Origin: Minisyncoccia bacterium
GTDB taxonomy: Bacteria; Patescibacteriota; Minisyncoccia; Phycocordibacterales; UBA918
DNA length: 61,745 nt
Assembly (NCBI GenBank): GCA_041738755.1
Contig: JBGSPE010000006.1
Coordinates: 1-61,745 of the forward strand
Direction: 5' to 3'
Each line of letters begins with the position of its first letter. Positions within the stretch are counted from its first letter, which is position 1. The translations under genes and the position numbers were made by a program. Under the pieces are notes generated by a model, which was not told where the DNA came from, ran no database searches, and worked only from the letters and a program-made list of their open reading frames with translations. This document shows, piece by piece, positions 43,908 to 53,629 of this stretch.

Positions 43908-45629
43908 ATGAAGCGCAAGCAGCTTACCAATCGAATTAGATTCCTGTCGGTAGTTGTTGCGATGGTTGGGGTGTTAATGATTGGTCGTCTGTATCAATTA
44001 CAAATTGCTAATGCGAGTTATTATCAAGAGCGAGCGGAGCGACAATACGTCCATACGAAGGCCGACCTCTACTCACGAGGATCAATCTATTTTACTACCA
44101 AAGACGGTGAGTACCTTTCGGCTGCAGCTATTCAGTCAGGCTTTATATTGGCAGCCAACCCAACGCACATCACAGACAAAGAGACCTTTTGTCGTGAATT
44201 ACAACCATATTATAAGGTTGAGTATGAGCGATGTGTTGAGCGTGTTTCGCTTCCAGAGCGTACCTATGTTGAGCTCGCCGATGATTTAACAACCGAACAA
44301 GCTGATGAAGTCGAAGCAAAAGACTTCGACGGTGCGTTATTATATAAAAATCAGTGGCGCTATTACCCTGGTGGTAGTGTGGCCGCTCGTTCAGTAGGGT
44401 TCGTGGCATATTCCGATGAAGAAGGAGATGTGATTCGAGGTAAGTATGGACTTGAACGCTTTTATGATGATGTGCTGTACCGTAAGCGTGAAGTTCTCTC
44501 GGTCAACTTTTTTGCAGAACTATTTACTAACATGGGAGATTTTCTGACTCAAAAGGAGGCAGAAAAATCAGGTAGTGTTGTAACGACACTCGAGCCTGCA
44601 GTATCACGTCTGCTTGATACAGTCCTCCAGGACACAAATGATCTCTATAATAGTAAGTTTACGGGCGCTATTATTATGGATCCAAATACTGGGGAGATAT
44701 ACGCCATGAATGCAGTGCCGGGCTTTGACCTTAATGACCGCAGTGAAGCAACGGTAGAGGAGTTTCGTAATCCGCTCGTTGAAAACGTCTATGAGTTTGG
44801 CTCCACCATTAAAGCCCTCACGATTGCAGCTGGACTTGATTCAGGGGCAATTACTCGTAATTCTACCTACTACGACGGTGGTTCAATCACTCTAAATGAG
44901 TTTACGATTCGTAACTTCGATGGTAAGGGTCGAGGTACAGTTGATATGCAACAAGTATTGAATCAGTCACTCAATACTGGGGTCTCCCATATTGTACAAG
45001 AAATGGGCAAAGAACAATTTCGTGATTATTTTGTGAACATGGGACTTGGCGTTGAGACGGGCATTGATTTGCCAAACGAAACGACTGGCCTTATCGCTAA
45101 CTTACAATCACCACGTGATGTGGAGTACGCCACAGCGTCGTTTGGACAAGGTATCGCTCTTACACCAATTGCGACGGTTCGTGCACTCGCAACCCTCGCC
45201 AATGGTGGCAAATTAGTTACGCCACACCTCGTAAAACGAATTGAATATGACGATGGAAGTTTTAAAGATATTCAGTATCCAGACGGGGCCCAGGTTCTCA
45301 AACCAGAAACAAGTGAAGAAATCTCACGGATGTTAACCGCCGTGGTTGATGATGCGTTACGCGGCGGAGGTGTAGCCTTGCCAAACCATACCATCGGCGC
45401 CAAAACAGGGACCGCTCAAATTGCTGACCCGGTCAATGGTGGATATTACGAAGACAAATTCCTCCACTCGTTTTTTGGGTATTTTCCGGCCTATGAACCT
45501 CGATTTATTGTTTTCATGTATACTGTAGAGCCACAAGGGGTACGATATGCGTCAGAAACACTGACTGACCCCTTCATGGACATTGCTCGATTTTTGATTA
45601 ATTATTATTCAATCCCCCCTGACCGGTAA
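43908..45629 (+). CDS. ftsI: Penicillin-binding protein (FtsI/PBP3-type division transpeptidase)
   Basis: SxxK (GSTIKA), SxN (SLN) and KTGT (AKTGTAQ). Confidence 0.9.
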   Translation: MKRKQLTNRIRFLSVVVAMVGVLMIGRLYQLQIANASYYQERAERQYVHTKADLYSRGSIYFTTKDGEYLSAAAIQSGFILAANPTHITDKETFCRELQPYYKVEYERCVERVSLPERTYVELADDLTTEQADEVEAKDFDGALLYKNQWRYYPGGSVAARSVGFVAYSDEEGDVIRGKYGLERFYDDVLYRKREVLSVNFFAELFTNMGDFLTQKEAEKSGSVVTTLEPAVSRLLDTVLQDTNDLYNSKFTGAIIMDPNTGEIYAMNAVPGFDLNDRSEATVEEFRNPLVENVYEFGSTIKALTIAAGLDSGAITRNSTYYDGGSITLNEFTIRNFDGKGRGTVDMQQVLNQSLNTGVSHIVQEMGKEQFRDYFVNMGLGVETGIDLPNETTGLIANLQSPRDVEYATASFGQGIALTPIATVRALATLANGGKLVTPHLVKRIEYDDGSFKDIQYPDGAQVLKPETSEEISRMLTAVVDDALRGGGVALPNHTIGAKTGTAQIADPVNGGYYEDKFLHSFFGYFPAYEPRFIVFMYTVEPQGVRYASETLTDPFMDIARFLINYYSIPPDR

Positions 45630-45632
45630 GTT

Positions 45633-46925
45633 ATGAAAGACGTATTCAAGAAAATTATCACTGCACTGTTAATCCAAGAGGCCAAGCTACTTTTGCGCCG
45701 ACGCAAACCAACTATTATTGCTATTACGGGTAGTGTGGGTAAGACTACTGCCAAAGATGCAATCTACGCAGCCATCAAAAATTCTGTTTCAGCTCGCAAG
45801 AGTGAGAAAAGCTTTAATTCTGAAATCGGCGTTCCGTTAACGATTCTGGGTCTACAAAATGCGTGGAGCAATCCGCTGTTATGGACAAAGAACTTATTTG
45901 ACGGACTCCTGGTTATTCTGTTTTCAAAAGATTACCCAGATGTATTGGTGCTTGAAACTGGTATCGATAGACCCGGTGATATGGGGAAGCTTACCAGCTG
46001 GTTAAAACCAGATATTGTTGTTATTACTCGCTTCCCAAACGTACCCGTTCACGTTGAATTTTTCTCGACACCGGAAGCCGTGGTCGCAGAGAAAATGAAG
46101 CTCGCCTTTGCCCTCAAACCAGAGGGTACGCTGATTTATAACCAAGACGATCCGATTATTGAAGCACAGCTACCACAAGTGAGACAGACGCAGATTAGCT
46201 TCGGTCGGTACCTTGAAGCCGATTTCAAGGGTACCAATGACCGGATTGTCTACGACGCAGATACTGCTCTTGGAGTGACGTTTGCTATCAAGCATTTGAG
46301 CGAACTACATCAAGTAACACTACAAGGTACTGTTGGATCGCATCAGGTCTATGCGTGCGCCGCAGCGATGGCCGTAGCCTCCACCTTAGGGGTTGATCAT
46401 CATGCTGCCGCGCTTGGATTGTGTGAGCTAAGGACGCCCAATGGTCGACTACGACTCATTCCGGGTATAAAAGCCAGTATGATACTCGATGATACCTATA
46501 ATGCCTCACCAGCTGCTGCTGAAATGGCCTTACAAACACTGGGAGAGGTAAAATACGCGAAGCGAAAGATAGCAGTGATTGGCGATATGCTTGAACTGGG
46601 GCGATTTTCATCTGAAGAACATGAACGTGTCGGGGCTCACGCTGCAAAGGTAGCAACTCATCTTGTGACGGTCGGGGTTCGGGCACAAAAAATTGCTGAA
46701 GGAGCATTAGAGGCTGGTTTGTCTGAGAAAAACATCTTCCAGTATGATGACGTCGCTCGAGCCGGTCGCGAGCTCCAAGCGTTTTTAGAGCCGGGTGATA
46801 TTGTATTGGTTAAAGCCTCGCAAGGAATTCGAGCGGAACGTATCGTAGAGGAAATAATGGCTCACCCCGATGCCGCTGAAGAACTCCTCGTACGACAAGA
46901 CGAAAATTGGAAACGTAAAAAATAA
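45633..46925 (+). CDS. murF: UDP-N-acetylmuramoyl-tripeptide--D-alanyl-D-alanine ligase
   Basis: Mur ligase P-loop ITGSVGKTT, and DDTYNASP. Confidence 0.88.
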   Translation: MKDVFKKIITALLIQEAKLLLRRRKPTIIAITGSVGKTTAKDAIYAAIKNSVSARKSEKSFNSEIGVPLTILGLQNAWSNPLLWTKNLFDGLLVILFSKDYPDVLVLETGIDRPGDMGKLTSWLKPDIVVITRFPNVPVHVEFFSTPEAVVAEKMKLAFALKPEGTLIYNQDDPIIEAQLPQVRQTQISFGRYLEADFKGTNDRIVYDADTALGVTFAIKHLSELHQVTLQGTVGSHQVYACAAAMAVASTLGVDHHAAALGLCELRTPNGRLRLIPGIKASMILDDTYNASPAAAEMALQTLGEVKYAKRKIAVIGDMLELGRFSSEEHERVGAHAAKVATHLVTVGVRAQKIAEGALEAGLSEKNIFQYDDVARAGRELQAFLEPGDIVLVKASQGIRAERIVEEIMAHPDAAEELLVRQDENWKRKK

Positions 46926-46929
46926 ATAT

Positions 46930-47403
46930 ATGTTAAAAATCGGACGCAAAGCCCCAAAGTTCTCATTGCTTGACCAAGATGAAAATACCGTAACCCTCGC
47001 AAGTCTAGCGGGGAAGTGGGCAGTTATATATTTTTATCCTAAAGATGATACACCAGGTTGTACCAAAGAAGCGTGTATGATTGCTGAAGTCTTCAAGGAG
47101 TTTAAGACGCTTGGAGTTATGGTGTTTGGGGTCAGTAAGGATTCTCCAAAATCACATAAAAAATTTGCCGAGAAGTATCAGCTACCATTTACGCTACTTT
47201 CAGATAAAGAAACGACCATGATTCAGGCGTATGGTGCTTGGAAAGAAAAGTCGATGTACGGCAAGAAATACATGGGTATCGACCGTATAACATACATCAT
47301 AAATCCCGAAGGGAAGATTGCTCATGTGTACGAAAAAGTAGATCCAGCCAGTCACGCACTTGAAATTATTAAAGACCTTAAGCAGCTAAAGAAACAAGGG
47401 TAG
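46930..47403 (+). CDS. bcp: Thiol peroxidase / peroxiredoxin Bcp
   Basis: FYPKDDTPGCTKEAC. I chose the start at 46930 (MLKIGRKAPKF). Confidence 0.92.
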   Translation: MLKIGRKAPKFSLLDQDENTVTLASLAGKWAVIYFYPKDDTPGCTKEACMIAEVFKEFKTLGVMVFGVSKDSPKSHKKFAEKYQLPFTLLSDKETTMIQAYGAWKEKSMYGKKYMGIDRITYIINPEGKIAHVYEKVDPASHALEIIKDLKQLKKQG

Positions 47404-47416
47404 ATAACATAATTTA

Positions 47417-47452
47417 AAACCGCAGTCTCAAATGGAGACTGCGGTTTTTTTT
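47417..47452 (+). terminator. Rho-independent terminator after bcp
   Basis: AAAACCGCAGTCTC-aaatg-GAGACTGCGG followed by T8. Confidence 0.8.
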
Positions 47453-47461
47453 AAGTAAAAG

Positions 47462-47503
47462 AAAAAGCCGGATGAGAATCTCAAATTGAGATTCTCATCC
47501 GGC
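47462..47503 (-). terminator. Rho-independent terminator for the convergent minus-strand gene
   Basis: GCCGGATGAGAATCTCAA/TTGAGATTCTCATCCGGC long perfect stem, with a T-run on the minus strand. Confidence 0.75.
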
Positions 47504-47540
47504 CAAAGAACTGTAAGAGGATTACTCCTCAGGGTCGACG

Positions 47541-48107
47541 CTACGCGTCGGCTGTTTGTGCTTCTGCAACTGCGGTGATGACCGTCATCCCGGTCAAAAC
47601 AAAGCCCTGGAAAGCCTCTGCCTGTTGACATGCACCATCAAGTGCCAAATGAATATCTGATTCGGCCGAACGATTACCGATATCACGGTTCCAGATTTCG
47701 ATACCAGCTTCTGATTCGCGCAGCTTTTCATCGAGTGCGGAGACCAGATGCGAAACCTCCTTCACATAGTGCGGGAAGCCGCGGCGGGAGATTGTTGCAA
47801 CGGCAATTCTTTGTGCGCTTCCAGCAATCGGACCGTAGTTCAGTTGTTCAGCTGACTGTTTCAGCCCGTCCGTCTTGAAGGCAGCCTGGTCGGCGACCAA
47901 GCCATACTCGTGTGCGAGTTTTTGATCGTCCGTCTCCAATGTCTTAACCAAAATCCGTAGTTGGAGAATGGAAGCGAGAGATTTTTCAGGAACTCGCTCG
48001 TTGTTAGCGAGCCAGGCCAGGACGTCGGTACGAACTTGAGCTGCAGCATCGACAAAAGTTTTGATGTCGGTGCCGAAATCTTTGGCAACGGTTACCAGAT
48101 TTTCCAT
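47541..48107 (-). CDS. Hypothetical helical protein
   Basis: The start at 48107 (MENLV) is preceded by GAAGGAGAG. No motifs recognised. Confidence 0.55.
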   Translation of the reverse strand: MENLVTVAKDFGTDIKTFVDAAAQVRTDVLAWLANNERVPEKSLASILQLRILVKTLETDDQKLAHEYGLVADQAAFKTDGLKQSAEQLNYGPIAGSAQRIAVATISRRGFPHYVKEVSHLVSALDEKLRESEAGIEIWNRDIGNRSAESDIHLALDGACQQAEAFQGFVLTGMTVITAVAEAQTADA

Positions 48108-48178
48108 AGTCTCTCCTTCGGAAATTTTCCCAACCACCCCTCGTGATCAGGGAATGAAAAATAGCACGTTACTTGACC

Positions 48179-48529
48179 TTAAGCAATGTAGTTTAGTTCA
48201 AAATCCGAGTACTTTCTGATTCCAAACGGGTGATGCTGTTCACCTTTCGTCACTTCCCAAAGTCGGTGACTACCATCAGTGTGTGTATGAATCCAGACAT
48301 AAACCCCGCAGACCGGACGTTCAAGCCAAAGGTTGCAAGACTCAACATCAATCGAACGTTGTGGCTCTCTGCCCGCAAGCCAGAGTAGAAATCTATGTCT
48401 GGCGGTAGGGTCACGACCACGCTGTTGATTCCTTAAAGCATCAAGTAGCTCTGAGGTAATCACAGCAGGATTGATTGGTTTCCCGGTGTGGCTTCGTAAT
48501 GATGCTTCGGTAATGGTTCTACTATTCAT
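48179..48529 (-). CDS. Hypothetical protein, tandem paralog of 48522-48842
   Basis: Shares the C-terminal ...H..D...RLWEVT motif with the upstream ORF. Confidence 0.5.
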   Translation of the reverse strand: MNSRTITEASLRSHTGKPINPAVITSELLDALRNQQRGRDPTARHRFLLWLAGREPQRSIDVESCNLWLERPVCGVYVWIHTHTDGSHRLWEVTKGEQHHPFGIRKYSDFELNYIA

Positions 48530-48842
48530 CAGAGTTCCTTTCCGGTGTGATTTCCCAAAGTCTGTCTACTTTATCCAGATGGGAAAAGAAACGGTAATAC
48601 CTACCGTTAAGGGGAGATTTTAGGTAGTGGTTATATTCGTTAGCAGTAAAGGGAAGGTTAGGTACTGACCCTTCAAGCCAACGCTCTAGTCCAACCTTAA
48701 GTCGCTTTGTGCGAGAAAATCGGCCAAGGAGCTGTGTTTTTTCACCCGCGCTCAGTGAGGCAATTTTTATTCGTGTTCCTTTGAAGGTTCGTTCAGCATT
48801 CCGGTGAACTGGTGCGATATCCATAAAAGACCCCTCTGTCAA
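48522..48842 (-). CDS. Hypothetical protein, tandem paralog of 48179-48529
   Basis: ...SHLDKVDRLWEIT. Overlaps the next gene by 8 nt. Confidence 0.5.
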   Translation of the reverse strand: MTEGSFMDIAPVHRNAERTFKGTRIKIASLSAGEKTQLLGRFSRTKRLKVGLERWLEGSVPNLPFTANEYNHYLKSPLNGRYYRFFSHLDKVDRLWEITPERNSDE

Positions 48843-48979
48843 AAATCAATCCGCGGCTATAATACATCTTTTTAGCAAGGTGACAATTTTCTGACCCACA
48901 TCACTTCAAAATATCTGCTGTATGAAATTACGTACACACCTGAGGTATACTTAAACTATTAATCAAATAATGTAAGTTT

Positions 48980-49333
48980 ATGGACATTAAAGCTATTGCA
49001 GAACGTGTCGTTGAGCTAAATAAAATTGGCGACCATGAGACAATTTATGCAGAACTCTACAGTGACGATATTGTGAGTATAGAAAACTGGGGCGAGCGGC
49101 AAGTCTATCAGGGAATGGCCGAGCTCAAAAAGAAAAGTGAACAATGGGGTGAGAATCTGGTTGAGATGCATGATACAAGGACCAGCGAACCGTTGATTGC
49201 AGATAAGAGCTTTGCTATTACCTTTTATATCGACGCGACTATGAAAGAAGGTGGGCGAAGCGCAATGACAGAGCTGGCGGTTTATCGAGTCAATGATGAG
49301 GGAAAAATTTATCACGAAGAGTTCTTTGGATAA
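48980..49333 (+). CDS. SnoaL-like / NTF2-fold family protein
   Basis: Size and alpha+beta pattern typical of NTF2-like proteins. Weak assignment. Confidence 0.45.
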   Translation: MDIKAIAERVVELNKIGDHETIYAELYSDDIVSIENWGERQVYQGMAELKKKSEQWGENLVEMHDTRTSEPLIADKSFAITFYIDATMKEGGRSAMTELAVYRVNDEGKIYHEEFFG

Positions 49334-49336
49334 TAC

Positions 49337-49366
49337 AAAAGGCCGGCCACATGTGGCCGGCCTTTT
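49337..49366. terminator. Bidirectional terminator (perfect palindrome AAAAGGCCGGCCACATGTGGCCGGCCTTTT)
   Basis: Read from the sequence, between convergent genes. Confidence 0.8.
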
Positions 49367-49395
49367 GTATTAGTAAGCATGTAGCTCGTATCTGA

Positions 49396-50163
49396 CTATG
49401 TTCGAGGGAACCAGGGAATAAACTTACTCGTTGTTTTCTTATATTGAGCAAACTCGGGATGTTGTTCCATTTTTGTTTCAAGGAGTGGAATCCCAGAGAC
49501 AAACAAGATAAGTATGGTAATCGTGAGTGGACTCACGATGGTAAACAGTCCACCTGGAATCGAGAGAGCTACGAGCCACAATCCCCACCACTGCGTTACT
49601 TCACCAAAGTAGTTTGGATGTCTCGTATAGTGCCATAAGCCCTTTTGCATCAAGTGTCCTTTATTATTCTCATCCTTCAAAAACGAAGCTAGCTGTGCAT
49701 CTCCGACTGATTCAAAAGTAAATCCAATAATCCAGACCAAGAGGCCAGCGATACTAAGCCAGGTAAGATTGGGGCCGGGGGAGAGGATACTGTATACGAC
49801 CGGTAAGACAATGATATAGAGAAATATTCCTTGCAAGAGATATACCTGAAGATACGAACGACGATAAAACCATTTCCCCCAGTCCTTGCGCCATTTGGCA
49901 TAGCGGTAGTCTTCGCTTTTACCTTTATTACGTCTATGAATATGCCACGCCAGTCGACCACCCCAGAGCGTGACCAGTCCAGAGATAAGTACATCAAGTG
50001 GCGAGATATCAGGACTCAGAAATAGAGCGCAGACAGTCATCAAAATAAATCCCAACCCCCAGGCCACATCAGCGATGTCATTTCGCTGCTTGATAATAGA
50101 GAGGATAAACCACCCACTCATATAGCAGAGAAGAATCAGTCCAAGGGTAATATAGGTACTCAT
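49396..50163 (-). CDS. DUF1295 / steroid 5-alpha-reductase-like membrane protein
   Basis: GLWHYTRHPNYFGEVTQWWG motif. Polytopic. Confidence 0.78.
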   Translation of the reverse strand: MSTYITLGLILLCYMSGWFILSIIKQRNDIADVAWGLGFILMTVCALFLSPDISPLDVLISGLVTLWGGRLAWHIHRRNKGKSEDYRYAKWRKDWGKWFYRRSYLQVYLLQGIFLYIIVLPVVYSILSPGPNLTWLSIAGLLVWIIGFTFESVGDAQLASFLKDENNKGHLMQKGLWHYTRHPNYFGEVTQWWGLWLVALSIPGGLFTIVSPLTITILILFVSGIPLLETKMEQHPEFAQYKKTTSKFIPWFPRT

Positions 50164-50558
50164 AGACCAAGCTTTGTAGCGATTAAGACTGTGATAGTTG
50201 AAACCAAAGCTGCGAGAACTGCTCCCCAGATCAAATCAACGATAGTCACAAGGAGTGGCCAATCTTTCGTTAAGGCTAGATTAGTGAGGTCGTAGGTAGC
50301 ATATGTAATGAGTCCAAAGAGAGCTCCGTATCCTAAGGCATACTTCCATGAACCAGCTTCCATGGCTGGCGTTACGACAAAGGCAATCAATCCAACAATA
50401 AAAAGGAGGTAGAATATTATCGCCGCAACCCAATTAACATCTGGTTTCAATAAATAACCAATTTGGTTGGCATAAAACGACTTAGCTACCAGCCCAAGCC
50501 AGATCATGTCAATCAAGAAAAATACCGGTAGCGCAATCAAATATAATTTTATAAACAT
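50160..50558 (-). CDS. DUF2177 family membrane protein
   Basis: 4 TM. IDMIWLGLVAKSFY and YATYDLTNLA motifs. 4-nt overlap with the downstream gene. Confidence 0.65.
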   Translation of the reverse strand: MFIKLYLIALPVFFLIDMIWLGLVAKSFYANQIGYLLKPDVNWVAAIIFYLLFIVGLIAFVVTPAMEAGSWKYALGYGALFGLITYATYDLTNLALTKDWPLLVTIVDLIWGAVLAALVSTITVLIATKLGL

Positions 50559-50646
50559 ATCTCTAAGTATAACAGGGAAGTGAGGTCATAAAAGAAAAGC
50601 CACCCGATTTTTAGGCCGGGTGTGCTTGTATGTGAACGGGTTGTTA

Positions 50647-50904
50647 TTACCAAAGTTCTCGTTTTCTAACTGACAAGATATAGATGTCGCAGCTTATGCA
50701 GATAGCCAGTCCAGCCATTAATAGGTACGGTGAGCCGCCATTAAACCCAAGTGCGATAAACATCGTCCCGAAGATTGCGGTCATACGGAGGTGTGAAGGA
50801 AATCCCTTTCGAGTTAATGGATCTTGGTACCTCACAATGTCTCGAATCAAAGTCCCACATAATACCGCAAGGAGCACTAAAATGAAAAACCCTAATGGGT
50901 GCAT
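50647..50904 (-). CDS. Hypothetical small membrane protein (3 TM)
   Basis: Hydrophobic ORF with a downstream hairpin. Confidence 0.5.
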   Translation of the reverse strand: MHPLGFFILVLLAVLCGTLIRDIVRYQDPLTRKGFPSHLRMTAIFGTMFIALGFNGGSPYLLMAGLAICISCDIYILSVRKRELW

Positions 50905-51098
50905 GTGTATTCTCCTCGAATTGAAGATCTCCTTTTGAAACTATGCCAGATTTAGTAGGGAATGCAAGTGCAATGAAGTAGAGGTTTGCGGTGGGTCTGA
51001 GGGTAAAATTTCATTAGTTATTTTGAAGATGAATAATGAACGTGTATGCTGTGGGCAGAATTGTCTTTTGTCATTTCATAACAACTTGAGGAGTACGT

Positions 51099-52136
51099 AT
51101 GAAAGTACCATATGTATCGCTTTCAGTAGCATCAGCTCTCATCATCGCAGGCTTTTCTAGCTTGCTGCAAGCTCGACCTGAGGTCGGGACTCAAAGTATT
51201 GTAAACAAGCAACCTTCAATTGTGTTTGATCAAGCAACCGGCGAATACTTCACTACACTCAGTGTTTTGACCTACAATATTGCTGGCTTACCCTGGCCAG
51301 TTAAACAGGATAGGGAAGCTGCACTAACTGACATAAAAGAAGTGTTGCAAGCTATGCAATACGCTGGGACTGCACCCGATATTGTCTTAGTTCAAGAGGC
51401 GTTCACCGAACAAGGCTTCGACATTGGGCGAGAAGCCGGGTATTCATATATTGCAAAAGGTCCATTGGCTGATACTGATGCAGAATCACTTTCAGGGTCA
51501 GAGTACCAGGACTTCCTTGATGAACGCACTTATGAAAAAGGGGAGTTATCTGGGAAGATGGTCGGAAGTGGATTAGTTGCCTTCAGTAATTATCCAATTA
51601 TTGAACAGACAGCCAAGCCATTTCGAGACAGTGCCTGTGGTGGGTATGATTGTTTGGCAAATAAAGGTATGTTGCTGGTGCGTGTAGCAGTGCCTGGTGT
51701 ACCACTACCGCTCGATATTCTTACTACCCACCTTAATTCACGTGGTGCTTCAGGAGTCTCAGCTGAACGTTCTTTGTTCGCTCATAAACTTCAGGTAGAT
51801 GACCTGGTAGGCTTTATCAAGGAGAATCAAAATCCACGTTATCCGTTTTTGATGGCTGGTGATTTCAATTTCCGAGGGGGTAATGAGCGTCTTCAGTATC
51901 TTACGTCAAAACTCACCTACACGTTCACCCGTGAATACTGCGAAGGAGTCAGCCAGTGTCAGGCTGATACCATTCCGTGGGAGAATCATCAAGATCATCA
52001 AACCTTTGCGGATACCCCGATAGTTCGTATCGTTCCGATAGCTGCAGAGGAAGTGTTTGATACACCAGTTAAGGGTCGGGTACTCTCTGATCACAACGGC
52101 TACCTAGTTGTGTATCGAATATCTTGGCGAAAATAA
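51099..52136 (+). CDS. Secreted endonuclease/exonuclease/phosphatase (EEP) family enzyme, sphingomyelinase/phospholipase C-like
   Basis: Signal peptide. Motifs LTYNIAGLPWP, VLVQEAF, THLNS, AGDFNF and LSDHNGY. Confidence 0.78.
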   Translation: MKVPYVSLSVASALIIAGFSSLLQARPEVGTQSIVNKQPSIVFDQATGEYFTTLSVLTYNIAGLPWPVKQDREAALTDIKEVLQAMQYAGTAPDIVLVQEAFTEQGFDIGREAGYSYIAKGPLADTDAESLSGSEYQDFLDERTYEKGELSGKMVGSGLVAFSNYPIIEQTAKPFRDSACGGYDCLANKGMLLVRVAVPGVPLPLDILTTHLNSRGASGVSAERSLFAHKLQVDDLVGFIKENQNPRYPFLMAGDFNFRGGNERLQYLTSKLTYTFTREYCEGVSQCQADTIPWENHQDHQTFADTPIVRIVPIAAEEVFDTPVKGRVLSDHNGYLVVYRISWRK

Positions 52137-52160
52137 GATACGCTCCCAAATCCACTAGTA

Positions 52161-52196
52161 AACCCTGGCCACATCATGGCCGGGGTTTTTGTTTTT
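52161..52196 (+). terminator. Rho-independent terminator
   Basis: AACCCTGGCC-acatcat-GGCCGGGGTT followed by T-runs. Confidence 0.7.
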
Positions 52197-52207
52197 GATA
52201 AATTGCT

Positions 52208-52236
52208 GTGACTCTCTGTAGTACGAATTGGAACCG
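52208..52236 (+). repeat. Cassette-boundary repeat R1: GTGAC-N16-TGGAACC
   Basis: GTGACTCTCTGTAGTACGAATTGGAACCG. Positions 52214-52236 are 23/23 identical to R2 (52544-52566). Confidence 0.8.
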
Positions 52237-52258
52237 TACAGTAATCCAGATTTATGCT

Positions 52259-52480
52259 TTAGAGGTTTTGATATTCCTCTTTTGTGATTACGTCACCTTG
52301 TTCTCCAACGCCATATCCTAAAGTGTTCCCAGTAAGAGCATCGTTGGCCCTACCCATTTCTTCTGTACCACCTTGAATTATAGTCTCAACACCGTTACTT
52401 CGTCTACGAACCTCAGATCTTTCATTATCAAAACAATAACCAATTGATCCTAAGCGTATGTATTTAATTCCCTTTGACAT
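52259..52480 (-). CDS. Hypothetical small protein
   Basis: ORF only; no SD. Confidence 0.35.
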   Translation of the reverse strand: MSKGIKYIRLGSIGYCFDNERSEVRRRSNGVETIIQGGTEEMGRANDALTGNTLGYGVGEQGDVITKEEYQNL

Positions 52481-52537
52481 ACTTCATAGTAACATTTACA
52501 GAAAGGGACTTCCGGAGAAGTACCTCCTATGTCCTCA

Positions 52538-52566
52538 GCGACCCTCTGTAGTACGAATTGGAACCG
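52538..52566 (+). repeat. Cassette-boundary repeat R2
   Basis: GCGACCCTCTGTAGTACGAATTGGAACCG. Confidence 0.8.
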
Positions 52567-52715
52567 GATCTTTGTTTATTTAAAACTGTTGGTTACTAAT
52601 CATTAATAACCATTGTATATTATTAGAATTTCTGATTTACTGGGTATCAGGTATCGTCCGTTGAAAGCTGGTAACATCACATTGCGTGGTGTCAGCAACA
52701 ACGGAGGATAAGTTC

Positions 52716-53462
52716 ATGATTGACATAGATCAATTGGATATACTTCCCACCAAAAGCGCCTTAAGGCGCCGTAAACGTCGGGAAAAACGCGCTTATCACG
52801 AGCTTCGGCTAGCAAACTATCGTCAATCATTTGCTGGCAGGAAGGCCGCCCGCGAGCGCGAACAAGCATCGGTTGCATTTCGTGCACAGGAAGAACGTCG
52901 ATTAGAACTTTTAAGGCGACGCACGCTTGCTATGGCAAGTGCGCTCGCAGTATCAGTTGTCAACTTCGAGGTGGAATTCGGTTCATACCTCACCACTGAC
53001 CTCAATCGTGCTAGGGCATACATGTTGGGGGAGACTCATCGTTGCATGCCATTGCCTCTTGAATTGAGTGTTGCGGTCGGTGACTACAGGCGGGATCTTC
53101 TGGCTCGACGACTACAAATCGAGCCCTTCATTACAGAAATTAATGCACTTACTTCTGTTCAGTATAATGAAGTGCTCGATGCCTTAGTCGGCCATTTTGA
53201 AGAATTGATGGAGGTTTCTGATGGTCTCTACAATTGCTCTGTCTGGCACCCGCTCTGCAAGAATACCAATGACCATGCCCGGTCAAGACGTATTTCTCGG
53301 CGTTCGGCCACACGCAAGTGGCAACGTAATGTTTTGAAAGTATATATCAACATTACCGGTTTATCCGCAGTTGAAGATCTCTTTAGTTACGCGTTGATTC
53401 CACAGCCGCGTTGGCTACGGCAAATAATTGCTCAATCAAAGACTGTTCGTTTGATCGCCTGA
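52716..53462 (+). CDS. Hypothetical Arg-rich protein
   Basis: The ATG at 52716 is preceded by GGAGGA (52703-52708). GC-richer than its neighbours. Confidence 0.5.
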   Translation: MIDIDQLDILPTKSALRRRKRREKRAYHELRLANYRQSFAGRKAAREREQASVAFRAQEERRLELLRRRTLAMASALAVSVVNFEVEFGSYLTTDLNRARAYMLGETHRCMPLPLELSVAVGDYRRDLLARRLQIEPFITEINALTSVQYNEVLDALVGHFEELMEVSDGLYNCSVWHPLCKNTNDHARSRRISRRSATRKWQRNVLKVYINITGLSAVEDLFSYALIPQPRWLRQIIAQSKTVRLIA

Positions 53463-53484
53463 GCCGTTGGAGGCACAGAGGCAG

Positions 53485-53519
53485 AAAGGGGTTGGCTTAG
53501 CCGACCCCTTTTCTTTTTT
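53485..53519 (+). terminator. Rho-independent terminator
   Basis: AAAGGGGTTGGC-tta-GCCGACCCCTTT followed by a T-run. Confidence 0.75.
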
Positions 53520-53527
53520 ACAAGTCT

Positions 53528-53555
53528 GTGAATCTCTGTAGTATGAATCGAAGCC
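53528..53555 (+). repeat. Cassette-boundary repeat R3 (diverged)
   Basis: GTGAATCTCTGTAGTATGAATCGAAGCC. Same register as R1 and R2, with a few substitutions. Confidence 0.65.
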
Positions 53556-53629
53556 AGATTGTAAATTTTATATAAAAAGCCCCCACATCATACAAGTGTG
53601 AGGGCTCGGAACTTATAGGTTAATCGCAA

